DNA of 64,000 nucleotides from Macrostomum lignano (lineage: Eukaryota), in NCBI GenBank assembly GCA_002269645.1, contig NIVC01003816.1, forward strand, positions 1 to 64,000. Direction: 5' to 3'. Both the position numbers and the translations under genes were made by a program. Below are positions 10,438-22,400 of the stretch, piece after piece; position 1 is the stretch's first letter, and each line of letters opens with the position of its first letter. The notes beneath the pieces were generated by a model, which saw only the letters and a list, made by a program, of their open reading frames with translations, searched no databases and was not told the DNA's origin.

Positions 10438-13400
10438 TTAAAAGTCAAGCGGTTTGGCTAGCGAGTCCAGCAGATTCCTGTGCGTCAGCTCTATGCCCCG
10501 GCCGCTGCCGCTGGCGCCGCCCGTTGAAGCGGCTGTCTCCAGCAGCTCGGACTCGATGTCCGCCTTGGATTTGCCCTCGAACGTTGCCAAGCGTCGCACT
10601 AGAATTTCCCGATCTCTTAGCAGATTCGCGATTCGCTCGCGCATGTGGCGCATGTCCCGGTTGAACTGGCAGCTCTTGGCCCTGATGGCCTGGTCTACGC
10701 TCTCCAGCTGTGAGCTGATGCTGCACTCCAGGTCTGTCTGCACAGCGATATTGTTCAATAGCATCATTGCGGCTGCGTCCTGCTGCTGTTGCTGATGATG
10801 CTGATGGTCGTGCAGTCGGGTCTCCTCCGAGTGATCGGCTCCCAGCGACATGAGCAGACTGTCCCTGTCGCTGGTGTACTTTTGAAGCCTGCGCGAGCGA
10901 TTTATGTTGATGGAAATTGTGAAATTATGCGATTCACACTGTAGCGATGGTATGGCTTATTCGAAAGCATGGCTCAAGTATTGAAACTTCTTTAAGGCAG
11001 CTAAGTTTAATTTTTTGGGTTCCAATTATACGAGTATCCAACAGCCCCAGAAGCCAATCAAGAAGAAATCTCAACTTAATCAGAGAATGGCATCAAGTCT
11101 CACAGCTTAATCAGAGAAATGCATCAAGTCTCACAGCTTAATCAGAGAATGGCATCAAGTCTCACAGCTTAATCAGAGAAATGCATCAAGTCTCACAGCT
11201 TAATCAGAGAAATGCATCAAGTCTCACAGCTTAATCAGAGAAATGCATCAAGTCTCACAGCTTAATCAGAGAAATGCATCAAGTCTCACAGCTTAATCAG
11301 AGAAATGCATCAAGTCTCACAGCTTAATCAGAGAAATGCATCAAGTCTCACAGCTTAATCAGAGAAATGCATCAAGTCTCACAGCTTAATCAGAGAAATG
11401 CATCAAGTCTCACAGCTTAATCAGAGAAATGCATCAAGTCTCACAGCTTAATCAGAGAAATGCATCAAGTCTCACAGCTTAATCAGAGAAATGCATCAAG
11501 TCTCACAGCTTAATCAGAGAAAGGCATCAAATCTCACAGCTTAATCAGAGAATGGCACTGAAATCTCACAGCTTAGTCAGAGAATGGCACTGAAATCTCA
11601 CAGCTTAGTCAGAGAATGGCACTGAAATCTCACAGCTTAATCAGAGAATGGCACTGAAATCTCACAGCTTAATCAGAGAATGGCACTGAAATCTCACAGC
11701 TTAGTCAGAGAATGGCACTGAAATCTCACAGCTTAGTCAGAGAATGGCACTGAAGTCTCACAGCTTAATCAGAGAATGGCATCGAACCTCAGCTGCATGA
11801 GTGTCACACAGAAGTCCCACAGTTTAGTGATAGAATTGCACCAAAATGTGGGCCACAAATTCGCACCCAAGTCTCGGCACGTGTCTTTAATTGCACTTAT
11901 CATCTCGAATTATCCGGCCAAAGCAGCCGCTTTGGCTTTGACTTGTCCGAAAGAAAATTTCTAGCCGCGGCGCTGAACTGCTCGAAACTTACAGATTTCA
12001 ATTTTCCCCTCGAACTTCCCTTCTCCCCCTGTCCAGTACTTTCCCAGCTTCGCAGTCGCAGCCTCATCAGAGACCATTAGGAAACCGGGCAATCCAATTC
12101 CACGAATCGCTACTGGGAGCTTGCTGAATGTGGGATTTACTTCCTCAGCAGCCTGGCTGAAAAGTCAATTCCACTTTTATTTGTGTTTTTCTGTGACAAA
12201 ATTCTAGCCTGGGTTTTTTGAACCGTTTTTTATTTCACATTAGTGATGTTTCGCTGACAAATTAGTATCTATATACGTAAATGGGAAGAGGGAAGGGAGG
12301 GGAGATGAGAAACGGAGGCATAGGAGATGGGTGAGAAATAGTAGATGAGAAACGGGGGGAGCAATGTGTAGAAGGAGGGAGAGATTTGTAGAAGGGGAGA
12401 GATGTGTAGAAGAAGGAAGAGGAGATGTGCAGAAGAAGGGAGAGATGTGTAGAACAAGGGAGAAGAGATGTGCAGAAGAAGGGAGAGATGTGTAGAACAA
12501 GGGAGAAGAGATGTGCAGAAGAAGGGAGAGATGTGTAGAACAAGGGAGAAGAGATGTGCAGAAGAAGGGAGAGATGTGTAGAACAAGGGAGAAGAGATGT
12601 GTAGAAGAAGGGAGAGATGTGTAGAACAAGGGAGAAGAGATGTGCAGAAGAAGGGAGAGGAGATGTGCAGAACAAGGGAGAGATGTGTAGAAGGGAGAGG
12701 AGATGTGCAGAAGAAGGGAGAGATGTGTAGAACAAGGGAGAAGAGATGTGCAGAAGAAGGGAGAGATGTGTAGAACAAGGGAGAAGAGATGTGCAGAAGA
12801 AGGGAGAGGAGATGTGTAGAAGAAGGGAGAGGAGATGTGTAGAAGAAGGGAGAGGAGATGTGCAGAACAAGGGAGAGATGTGTAGAAGAAGGGAGAGGAG
12901 ATGTGCAGAAGAAGGGAGAGATGTGTAGAACAAGGGAGAAGAGATGTGCAGAAGAAGGGAGAGGAGATGTGTAGAAGAAGGGAGAGGAGATGTGTAGAAG
13001 AAGGGAGAGATGTGCAGAAGAAGGGAGAGGAGATGTGCAGAACAAGGGAGATGAGGTGTGTAGAAGAAGGGAGAGGAGATGTGCAGAACAAGGGAGAGAT
13101 GTGTAGAAGAAGGGAGAGGAGATATGCAGAAGGGAGAAGATGTGTAGAGGGAGGGAGAGGAGATGTGAGATGGGGAGAGAGTTGACGGTAAGAGAAGGGG
13201 TTAAGTATGAGAAGTGGAGAAAGTGATAAATGAGGCATCCAAGAGGTTACAGTGCAGGGCATAACAGAGGCATAAGAGACGAAGTGTAGAGAGGCTGCGG
13301 AGGTATCGATATGCTTTGCAGTGTAGTGTTTGGAAAGCAGCAGCTCCTGAACATAAGAGTAGAAATTCTCTGACTCTGAAGAGGCCCATCAATGGCCAAG

Positions 13401-16400
13401 TTGCACTCGCCTAGCTGGCGCTGCTTGTCAACTTGACAGGCTATAATTCGAAAGAAAACACATTGCTGTCACAACAACTGCAGCCACTCACCTGAGCGCC
13501 ACGGGCAGCGCGTCGCGATTGCACCGCCGCCTCTCCTGCGCCTCCCGGTAGCGGACCAGGTGGCGGTAGACCCTCTGCAAGGCGTTTGTGGGAAGAGTTG
13601 CTAGGGCCCTGGCCATTCGGGGAAAACTAGCTCGAGAACTAAACTCATATACACTTGTGCCAAGAAGGGAGTAGAAATCACCCTGGCAGAGTTCCCTAAT
13701 GGAATCATTTAATTGAATTCTCTACTGTAACCCCCATTTTGAATTTCCCTAGTGAAATCCCCTAGTGGAACCCCCTAGTGGAATCCCCCTTGTAGAATCT
13801 CCTAGTGGAATCCCCCTTGTAGAATCCCCTAGTGGAACCCCCTTGTAGAACCCCCTTGTGGAACCCCCCTTGTAGAATCCCCTAGTGGAACCCCCTTGTA
13901 GAACCCCCTAGTGGAACCCCCTTGTAGAACCCCCTAGTGGAACCCCCTTGTAGAACCCCCTAGTGGAAACCCCTTGTAGAATCCCCTAGTGGAACCCCCT
14001 TGTAGAACCCCCTTGTGGAACCCCCCTTGTAGAATCCCCTAGTGGAACCCCCTTGTAGAATCCCCTAGTGGAACCCCCTAGTGGAGCCCCCTTGTAGAAT
14101 CCCCTAGTGGAACCCCCTTGTAGAATCCCCTAGTGGAACCCCCTAGTGGAGCCCCTTGTAGAACCCCCTAGTGGAACCCCCTTGTAGAATCCCCTAGTGG
14201 AACCCCCTAGTGGAGCCCCCTTGTAGAATCCCCTAGTGGAACCCCCTTGTAGAACCCCCTAGTGGAACCTCCCTTGTAGAATCCCCTAGTGGAACCCCCT
14301 AGTGGAGCCCCCTTGTAGAATCCCCTAGTGGAACCGTTTAGTGGAACCCGCTAGTGTAACCCGCTAGTGAAACCCCCTTGTAGAATCCCGGCCCTAGTGG
14401 AACCGTTTAGTGGAACCCGCTAGTGTAACCCCCTATAGTGGAACCCCCTAGTGGAATCCCCCTTGTAGAACCCTCTACTGGAATTCCACGGAATCCCCCT
14501 AGCGGAATTCCCCAAGGGAATCTCCAGAAAGCCGTAGGCAAGATAGACATTTTCATTCCGCGTCTTTGTCATGAAGCTATCTAAATCGTGTTTTCACCGT
14601 TTCACCGTGTTTCAAGAGTCAAATCAAGGGTGTCTGCTTATTTAGAAAAATCCTCTCTACATAAAAAATGCTGAGGTTCGAGGATCCACATGGCAGATAG
14701 AAGGAAGTACGTGGTGGAAAAATGTTAACTGAAAAAAATCCGTTGGCTAATAGATCATTTATAGGAAATCGGAATTGAGCTATTAGCTATGAAAATGCAT
14801 CAGGGATCCGGGGAAATGTTGAGTTTTATAAGCATTGGCTGAAGTTTTTTGACCGTTTTTCATCGTTTTTTTGCTTTTCCAAATTCAAATTTTAATTATT
14901 AGCTATTCGAGCCTTGATTTTTTCACATATTCTATCTCTTATTTTTGTATTCATTTTTATTGTAATATTCTGTTACACTACTACATTACCTGTAGCAAAA
15001 TGCCAGAAAGTTAAACATAGGGCTGCTACAACACAATTAGATTGCATGCTGTCACAGATATCTTCAATCACCCCTTCGGATCGTGCAATTATTTTCCAGG
15101 ACTGGTCCGCCAGCTTGCTGCTTCACCGGACCATCGCTACTCAATTTACCTCTCCCTCTCCCTCTCCCGCTCCCTCTCCCTAGCTCCCTCTCCCTCTCCC
15201 GCTCCCTCTCCCGCTCCCTCTCCCTAGCTCCCTCTCCCTAGCTCCCTCTCCCTCTCCCGCTCCCTCTCCCAAGCTCCCTCTCCCAAGCTCCCTCTCCCGC
15301 TCCCTCTCCCAAGCTCCCTCTCCCAAGCTCCCTCTCCCAAGCTCCCTCTCCCAAGCTCCCTCTCCCGCTCCCTCTCCCTAGCTCCCTCTCCCTCTCCCGC
15401 TCCCTCTCCCAAGCTCCCTCTCCCAAGCTCCCTCTCCCGCTCCCTCTCCCTAGCTCCCTCTCCCTCTCCCGCTCCCTCTCCATAGCTCCCTCTCCCTCTC
15501 CCGCTCTCTCTCCCAAGCTCCCTCTCCCGCTCCCTCTCCCTCTCCCTCTCCCTCTCCCTCTCCCAAGCTCCCTCTCCCGCTCCCTCTCCCTAGCTCCCTC
15601 TCCCTCTCCCGCTCCCTCTCCCAAGCTCCCTTTCTCGCTCCCTCTCCCTTTACCTCTCCCTCTCCAGCTCCCTCTCCCTAGCTCCCTTTCTCGCTCCCTC
15701 TCCCTTTCCCTCTCCCTAGCTACCTCTCCATCTCCCTCTCCCTCTCCCTAGCTCCCTTTCTCGCTCCCTCTCCCTTTCCCTCTCCTTAGCTACCTCTCCA
15801 TCTCCCTCTCTTTTTTCCTCTCCCTAGTCCCCACCCTCCCTCTTCCACTCTCTCTCCGTAGCCCTATCTATCGCTCGATTGGTTTATCTCTGACGCATCT
15901 AAGAAAATCCATCAAGCAAAAGAAAATGGATAAAGAAAGTAAATTTTGACTCCAGATTTGGCAACATCTCTCAACCCCCCCCCCAGGGAAAGCGCATGCA
16001 AAGTGCTAAATCAGGATGACCCAGAGCTGACCCTCCACGAACCTGGCTGATTGGCAGGCAGCAGGCGGGGTTCACCCTGACCTTGCGCAGCAGGGGGAAC
16101 AGGGCAAAGTACAGCAGGAACTCCGCGGCTGCTGTGGCACCAGACAGCAGAACTCCGAAGCAGAAGAGCAGCAGCGGGCCCGCGAAGTTGGTGGGCGTGA
16201 GGCGGACTTTATTCTGCGGGTGGTTGAGGGGGTGGGTTCCAGCACATCCCCTCACCGACTCCAGCACATTCCCTCACCGACTCCAGCACATCCCCTCTGT
16301 GACTCCAGCACATTCCCTCACCGACTACAGCACATCACCTCACCGACTCCAGCACATTCCCTCACCGACTCCAGCACATCCCCTCTGTGACTCCAGCACA

Positions 16401-19400
16401 CTCCCTCTGTGACTCCAGTACATCCCCTCACCGACTCCAGCACATCCCCTCTGTGACTCCAGCACATTCTCACTGTGACTCCAGCACATTCCCTCACCGA
16501 CTCCAGCACATTCCCTCTGTGACTCCAGTACATCCCCTCACCGACTCCAGCACATTCTCACTGTGACTCCAGCATATTCTCTCTGTGACTCCAGTACATC
16601 CCCTCACCGACTCCAGCACATTCTCACTGTGACTCCAGCACATTCTCACTGTGACTCCAGCACATTCCCTCACCTTCTCCAGCACATTCTCACTGTGACT
16701 CCAGCACATTCTCACTGTGACTCCAGCACATTCTCACTGTGACTCCAGCACATTCTCACTGTGACTCCAGCACATTCCCACTGTGACTCCAGCACATTCT
16801 CACTGTGACTCCAGCACATTCCCACTGTGACTCCAGCACATTCTCACTGTGACTCCAGCACATTCTCACTGTGACTCCAGCACATTCCCACTGTGACTCC
16901 AGCACATTCTCACTGTGACTCCAGCACATTCTCACTGTGACTCCAGCACATTCCCACTGTGACTCCAGCACATTCTCACTGCAAGCCGAAGCACAGTTAC
17001 TCGGAAATATTCAAGGTCGAGTTTCAAGCAGCCGGTTGAGCACACAGAGAAGCACCCAGCGGTCCGCCCGGCAGCTGACCAGCTCCAACTCCTCATAACC
17101 TGTCGCTCTCGGTAAACAAAGCAAGGCCCAGCAAACACAGCGACTGCAGCTCAAGTCTCTCCCATGATGCCCGCCAGCCTCGGGCCCGCGACTGCTGGGC
17201 GGCCAACTTCAGGAATTTCGTCGGCTCCTCTCCCCCCCTGCCGCCAGCTGTCGAGGCTGCTGAAGAACTTTCAGTTTAACAGCACGCCAGGAAGAAGAGA
17301 GGCCAGCGGACTCGGGAAATATGTGTTTGCCCATCATCCGCCTCTCCTCTGGAACATCCCCCCTGCTTGCTCGCTCATTCTCTCTCTGTGTTCGTGTGTG
17401 CCTAAGCTAGTAGCTAGCAGAGCCGGGTTCCTGAGCAGAAAACTGACGAACAATATGACTGTTGAGGAATCGATCTATCGAATGCCAAATTTTTAGCATT
17501 GACGCTTTAATTGGAAGAACGGGTGATCTTGTTTCTTAGAAATTCTCTGAAGGCAGGCTTAGCTCAAAAAAATCATTACGGAGACAGGAATGGCTCATTT
17601 CTTCCGTTTCCTCGTAATAAGGGACTCCATTTTTTTGGTTTTACAGGGTGTACAGCAGCCCTGACTTTCTAATGGTCAAGCATGTACACTCTCTGTGCCT
17701 TGGGGGTTGGCCCTCATGGCTGCGAATCGCACAACAACCCCACCCTCCTGGCAACCACCTGCCGCATCTCACATGTCTAGTAGTTGCAAAGGTCGTGACT
17801 GACACATAGCATAGCAACGCTCTGCTCTCACCACGTGAGGTCGCTTGTCCTTTCCCGGCACCACTTTGGTCCACAGATCGATCTTCTGCTTCATCTGGTC
17901 GGTGAAATCGTTGGTGCCGAGCAGGTTGGTGAGGGTGGCGGTCAGGTCCTGGCCTGCCTCTCGCAGCTCCCTGCTGAGTGCGGCGGTGTAGCCAACCCTG
18001 CCGAACGGTTTGCCAACCAATTCCACATTGTAGGTGTGGTTGACTCGCAGCAGGTACTGCAGCAGCTCAGTGTCGTATAGGAATGCCCCAATGCTGCCTT
18101 TTCTGTGGGGTGAAAAATTGTCACATCTTGTAGTTATTTTTACTATACTGATTGGCCCGACTTGCCTCTCGATAGAGAAAATCGATTACTACACGTGGCA
18201 TATTGAATAGGTTTTTGAAAAAGTCATTGAAAGTCACAAGGTGTCCACTGCGCCGCCCCAAAACACAACCGTTAGAAGCCATTGGAAGTCACAAGGTGTC
18301 CACTGCGCCGCCCCAAAACACAACCGTTAGAAGCCATTGAAAGTCACAAGGTGTCCACTGCGCCGCCCCAAAACACAACCGTCAAAAGCCATTGGAAGTC
18401 ACAAGGTGTCCACTGCGCCGCCCCAAAACACAACCGTTAGAAGCCATTGGAAGTCACAAGGTGTCCACTGCGCCGCCCCAAAACACAACCGTTAGAAGCC
18501 ATTGGAAGTCACAAGGTGTCCACTGCGCCGCCCCAAAACACAACCGTTAGAAGCCATTGGAAGTCACAAGGTGTCCACTGCGCCGCCCCAAAACACAACC
18601 GTTAGAAGCCATTGGAAGTCACAAGGTGTCCACTGCGCCGCCCCAAAACACAACCGTTAGAAGCCATTGGAAGTCACAAGGTGTCCACTGCGCCGCCCCA
18701 AAACACAACCGTTAGAAGCCATTGAAAGTCACAAGGTGTCCACTGCGCCGCCCCAAAACACAACCGTCAAAAGCCATTGGAAGTCACAAGGTGTCCACTG
18801 CGCCGCCCCAAAACACAACCGTTAGAAGCCATTGGAAGTCACAAGGTGTCCACTGCGCCGCCCCAAAACACAACCGTTAGAAGCCATTGGAAGTCACAAG
18901 GTGTCCACTGCGCCGCCCCAAAACACAACCGTTAGAAGCCATTGGAAGTCACAAGGTGTCCACTGCGCCGCCCCAAAACACAACCGTTAGAAGCCATTGG
19001 AAGTCACAAGGTGTCCACTGCGCCGCCCCAAAACACAACCGTCAAAAGCCATTGGAAGTCACAAGGTGTCCACTGCGCCGCCCCAAAACACAACCGTTAG
19101 AAGCCATTGAAAGTCACAAGGTGTCCACTGCGCCGCCCCAAAACACAACCGTTAGAAGCCATTGGAAGTCACAAGGTGTCCACTGCGCCGCCCCAAAACA
19201 CAACCGTCAAAAGCCATTGGAAGTCACAAGGTGTCCACTGCGCCGCCCCAAAACACAACCGTTAGAAGCCATTGGAAGTCACAAGGTGTCCACTGCGCCA
19301 CCCCAAAACACAACCGTCAAAAGCCACTGGAAGTCACAAGGTGTCCACTGCGCCACCCCAAAACACAACCGTTAGAAGCCATTGGAAGTCACAAGGTGTC

Positions 19401-22400
19401 CACTGCGCCGCCCCAAAACACAACCGTCAAAAGCCATTGGAAGTCACAAGGTGTCCACTGCGCCACCCCAAAACACAACCGTCAAAAGCCATTGGAAGTC
19501 ACAAGGTGTCCACTGCGCCACCCCAAAACACAACCGTCAAAAGCCATTGAAAGTCACAAGGTGTCCACTGCGCCGCCCCAAAACACAACCGTTAGAAGCC
19601 ATTGGAGGTGTCCAATGCGCAACCCAAAAGACAGGCACTGGATGCCCACTCTCACCCTAGGGCCGCCATGGCCTCCTCAGCGGTGTCAAAGAAGCTGAGG
19701 TGCTTCACCAGGTGATGGTAGGTTCTGTTCAGCTCAATCGCTGTGCCGCTGCCCCTCACGGTGCCCAAACTGATCTGGCCGCTCTGAATCTGCAAACATT
19801 CGGGCAACTGGAGGTCAGAGGCAGTGCAGTGAGTGACGCTGCAGTACTATAGTAAGTTAGAGTACAGTATGTAGTTAAACTGCAGTAACATGGATAGCCA
19901 CTCAACAGTAGATGAAAAGGAAAAGCTTGATTTTTATCTGGAACTATCGCTTTTCTCACTTCGAGCAGCAATTGTTATCAAAATAACGCTTTTATACAAA
20001 CCAGACCAGTAGAATATGATCATTTGCCCACACACTATGCCCATTCACCCACGGACTATACCCATTCACCCACGGACTATACCCACTAACCCCACAGACT
20101 ATGTCCATTCACGCCACATACTATGCCCATTCACCCATAGACTATGCCCATTCACCCATAGACTATGCCCATTCGCCCATAGACTATGCCCATTCGCCCA
20201 TAGACTATGCCCATTCGCCCATAGACTATGCCCATTCGCCCATAGACTACTTGTATGCCCATTCACCCCACACACTATACCCAGTCATCACCCACAGACT
20301 ATGCCCATTCACCCATAAACTATGCCCATTCACCCATAGACTATACCCATTCACCCATAGACTATACCCATTCACCCATAAACTATACCCATTCACCCAT
20401 AGACTATACCCATTCACCCATAGACTATACCCATTCACCCATAGACTATACCCATTCATCCATAGACTATACCCATTCACCCATAAACTATACCCATTCA
20501 CCCATAGACTATACCTATTCATCCACAGACTACGCCCATTCACCGGGACTATACCCATTAACCCCACCACAGACTATGCCCATTCACCCACAGACTATGC
20601 CCATTCACGCCACACACTATACTCATTCACCCACAGACTATGCCCATTCACCCTACAAACTATGCCCATTTACCCACAGATTGCATTTAGCAACAGCAAT
20701 TTATTCTGCTGATAAATTTCTGGCAAAATCCTCGTGTGAGAGCAGGTGGCGGGGGCAAAATGAAGGAATGAAAATTCACGCATTCACTTTCCTGATTTCA
20801 GATTAAAGCGAGGTTCCAAAAATGGGTATTAATTATTAAAATTGTTTAAAAAGGCAATGCGGCGCAGAACAATGCAAGAAAATTTTCTGCTCAGCAAATT
20901 GTGTTGCCAAATGAAAAAATCAATAATTTGCCAATTTTATTATCCGAAATTTTGAAATACTAACTTAAAATGCGTTTTTTGTTGAGCTTTGCCTCCATGA
21001 AGGCTGTCATATGGGACTGTGTGAGGATCTGCATCCATTTATAGCTGCTAGATTAGCGAAACACGTCTGGGTTTGCCCGGCTGTCTCCCCTCTCTGTCTC
21101 CCCCTCTCTGTCTCCCCCTCTCTGTCTCCCCCTCTCTGTCTCCCCCTCTCTGTCTCCCCCTCTCTGTCTCCCCCTCTCTCTTCTCCCCCTCTCTGTCTCC
21201 CCTCTCTGTCTCCCCCTCTCTGTCTCCCCCTCTCTGTCTCCCCCTCTCTGTCTCCCCCTCTCTCTTCTCCCCCTCTCTGTCTCCCCCTCTCTGTCTCCCC
21301 CTCTCTGTCTCCCCCTCTCTGTCTCCCCCTCTCTGTCTCCCCCTCTCTGTCTCCCCTCTCTGTCTCCCCCTCTCTGTCTCCCCCTCTCTGTCTTCCCCTC
21401 TCTGTCTCCCCTCTCTGTCTCCCCCTCTCTGTCTCCCCCTCTCTGTCTCCCCCTCTCTGTCTCCCCCTCTCTGTCTCCCCCTCTCTGTGTCCCCTCTCTG
21501 TCTCCCCTCTCTGTCTCCCCCTCTCTGTGTCCCCTCTCTGTCTCCCCTCTCTGTCTCCCCCTCTCTGTCTCCCCCTCTCTGTCTCCCCCTCTCTGTCTCC
21601 CCTCTCTGTCTCCCCCTCTCTGTCTCCCCCTCTCTGTCTCCCCCTCTCTGTCTCCCCCTCTCTGTCTCCCCTTCTGTCTGTCTCTGTGTGTCTCTCCCTC
21701 TTTCCCTCTCCCTCTGTCTCACCCATCTGCATCTAACCTCCCTAAGACAGGGCTGCCAAACCGGGACAGAAAATTTCTCCTAAATATGATGCTACGAGTC
21801 ATATGCAAGCAGAACACAAACACTGGTAAATGTTAGGAATGCAAAATTTTCAAAGTAAATTCTCTTCACTTCGCGACAGGATACTCTCTTGAGGCTGAGA
21901 ATCGGAAAGAGGAGGAACAGAAGCCCGAGCTGTGAGGCTTGGAAGGCTGCAAATCTAATTAATTCGCAGACAGCGCCACTGATTTGATTGCAGGGCACAG
22001 CTGGCTGCTGAACTGGGGTTTTGAGAAAGTTTTGTTCAGCCAAAAATCGGCGCAATTAATTTGAATTGTGCTGCAGAATGAGTTGAAGGAATTGGTGAAA
22101 TTTAAAGCATTTCATTAGTACACTTTTTACTGTAAAATTTTACTGCTGTGCCTTTCGCATACGCAGTCTCGTGAGCATGAAAATGCTATTTGATAAACAA
22201 ATATGAAGAAAAAGAACAAATCGGAAAATAATTGACATTTTCGATGACTGCTAGAGTGACAGATTCGTCGAGTGACAGTTTTGTAGATTGACAGATTCGT
22301 AAGAGTGACAGATTTTTAGATTGACAGATTCGTAGAGTGACAGATTCGTAGAGTGACATTTGTAGAGTGACATATTCGTAGAGTGACAGACTCGTAGAGT

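Noticed and set aside
16985-17380. GC-rich stretch with ARGWRA, reminiscent of an R2/NeSL-type endonuclease tail
   Set aside because: Frames are broken and the PD..D/KY motifs are absent, so the similarity is too weak to call.
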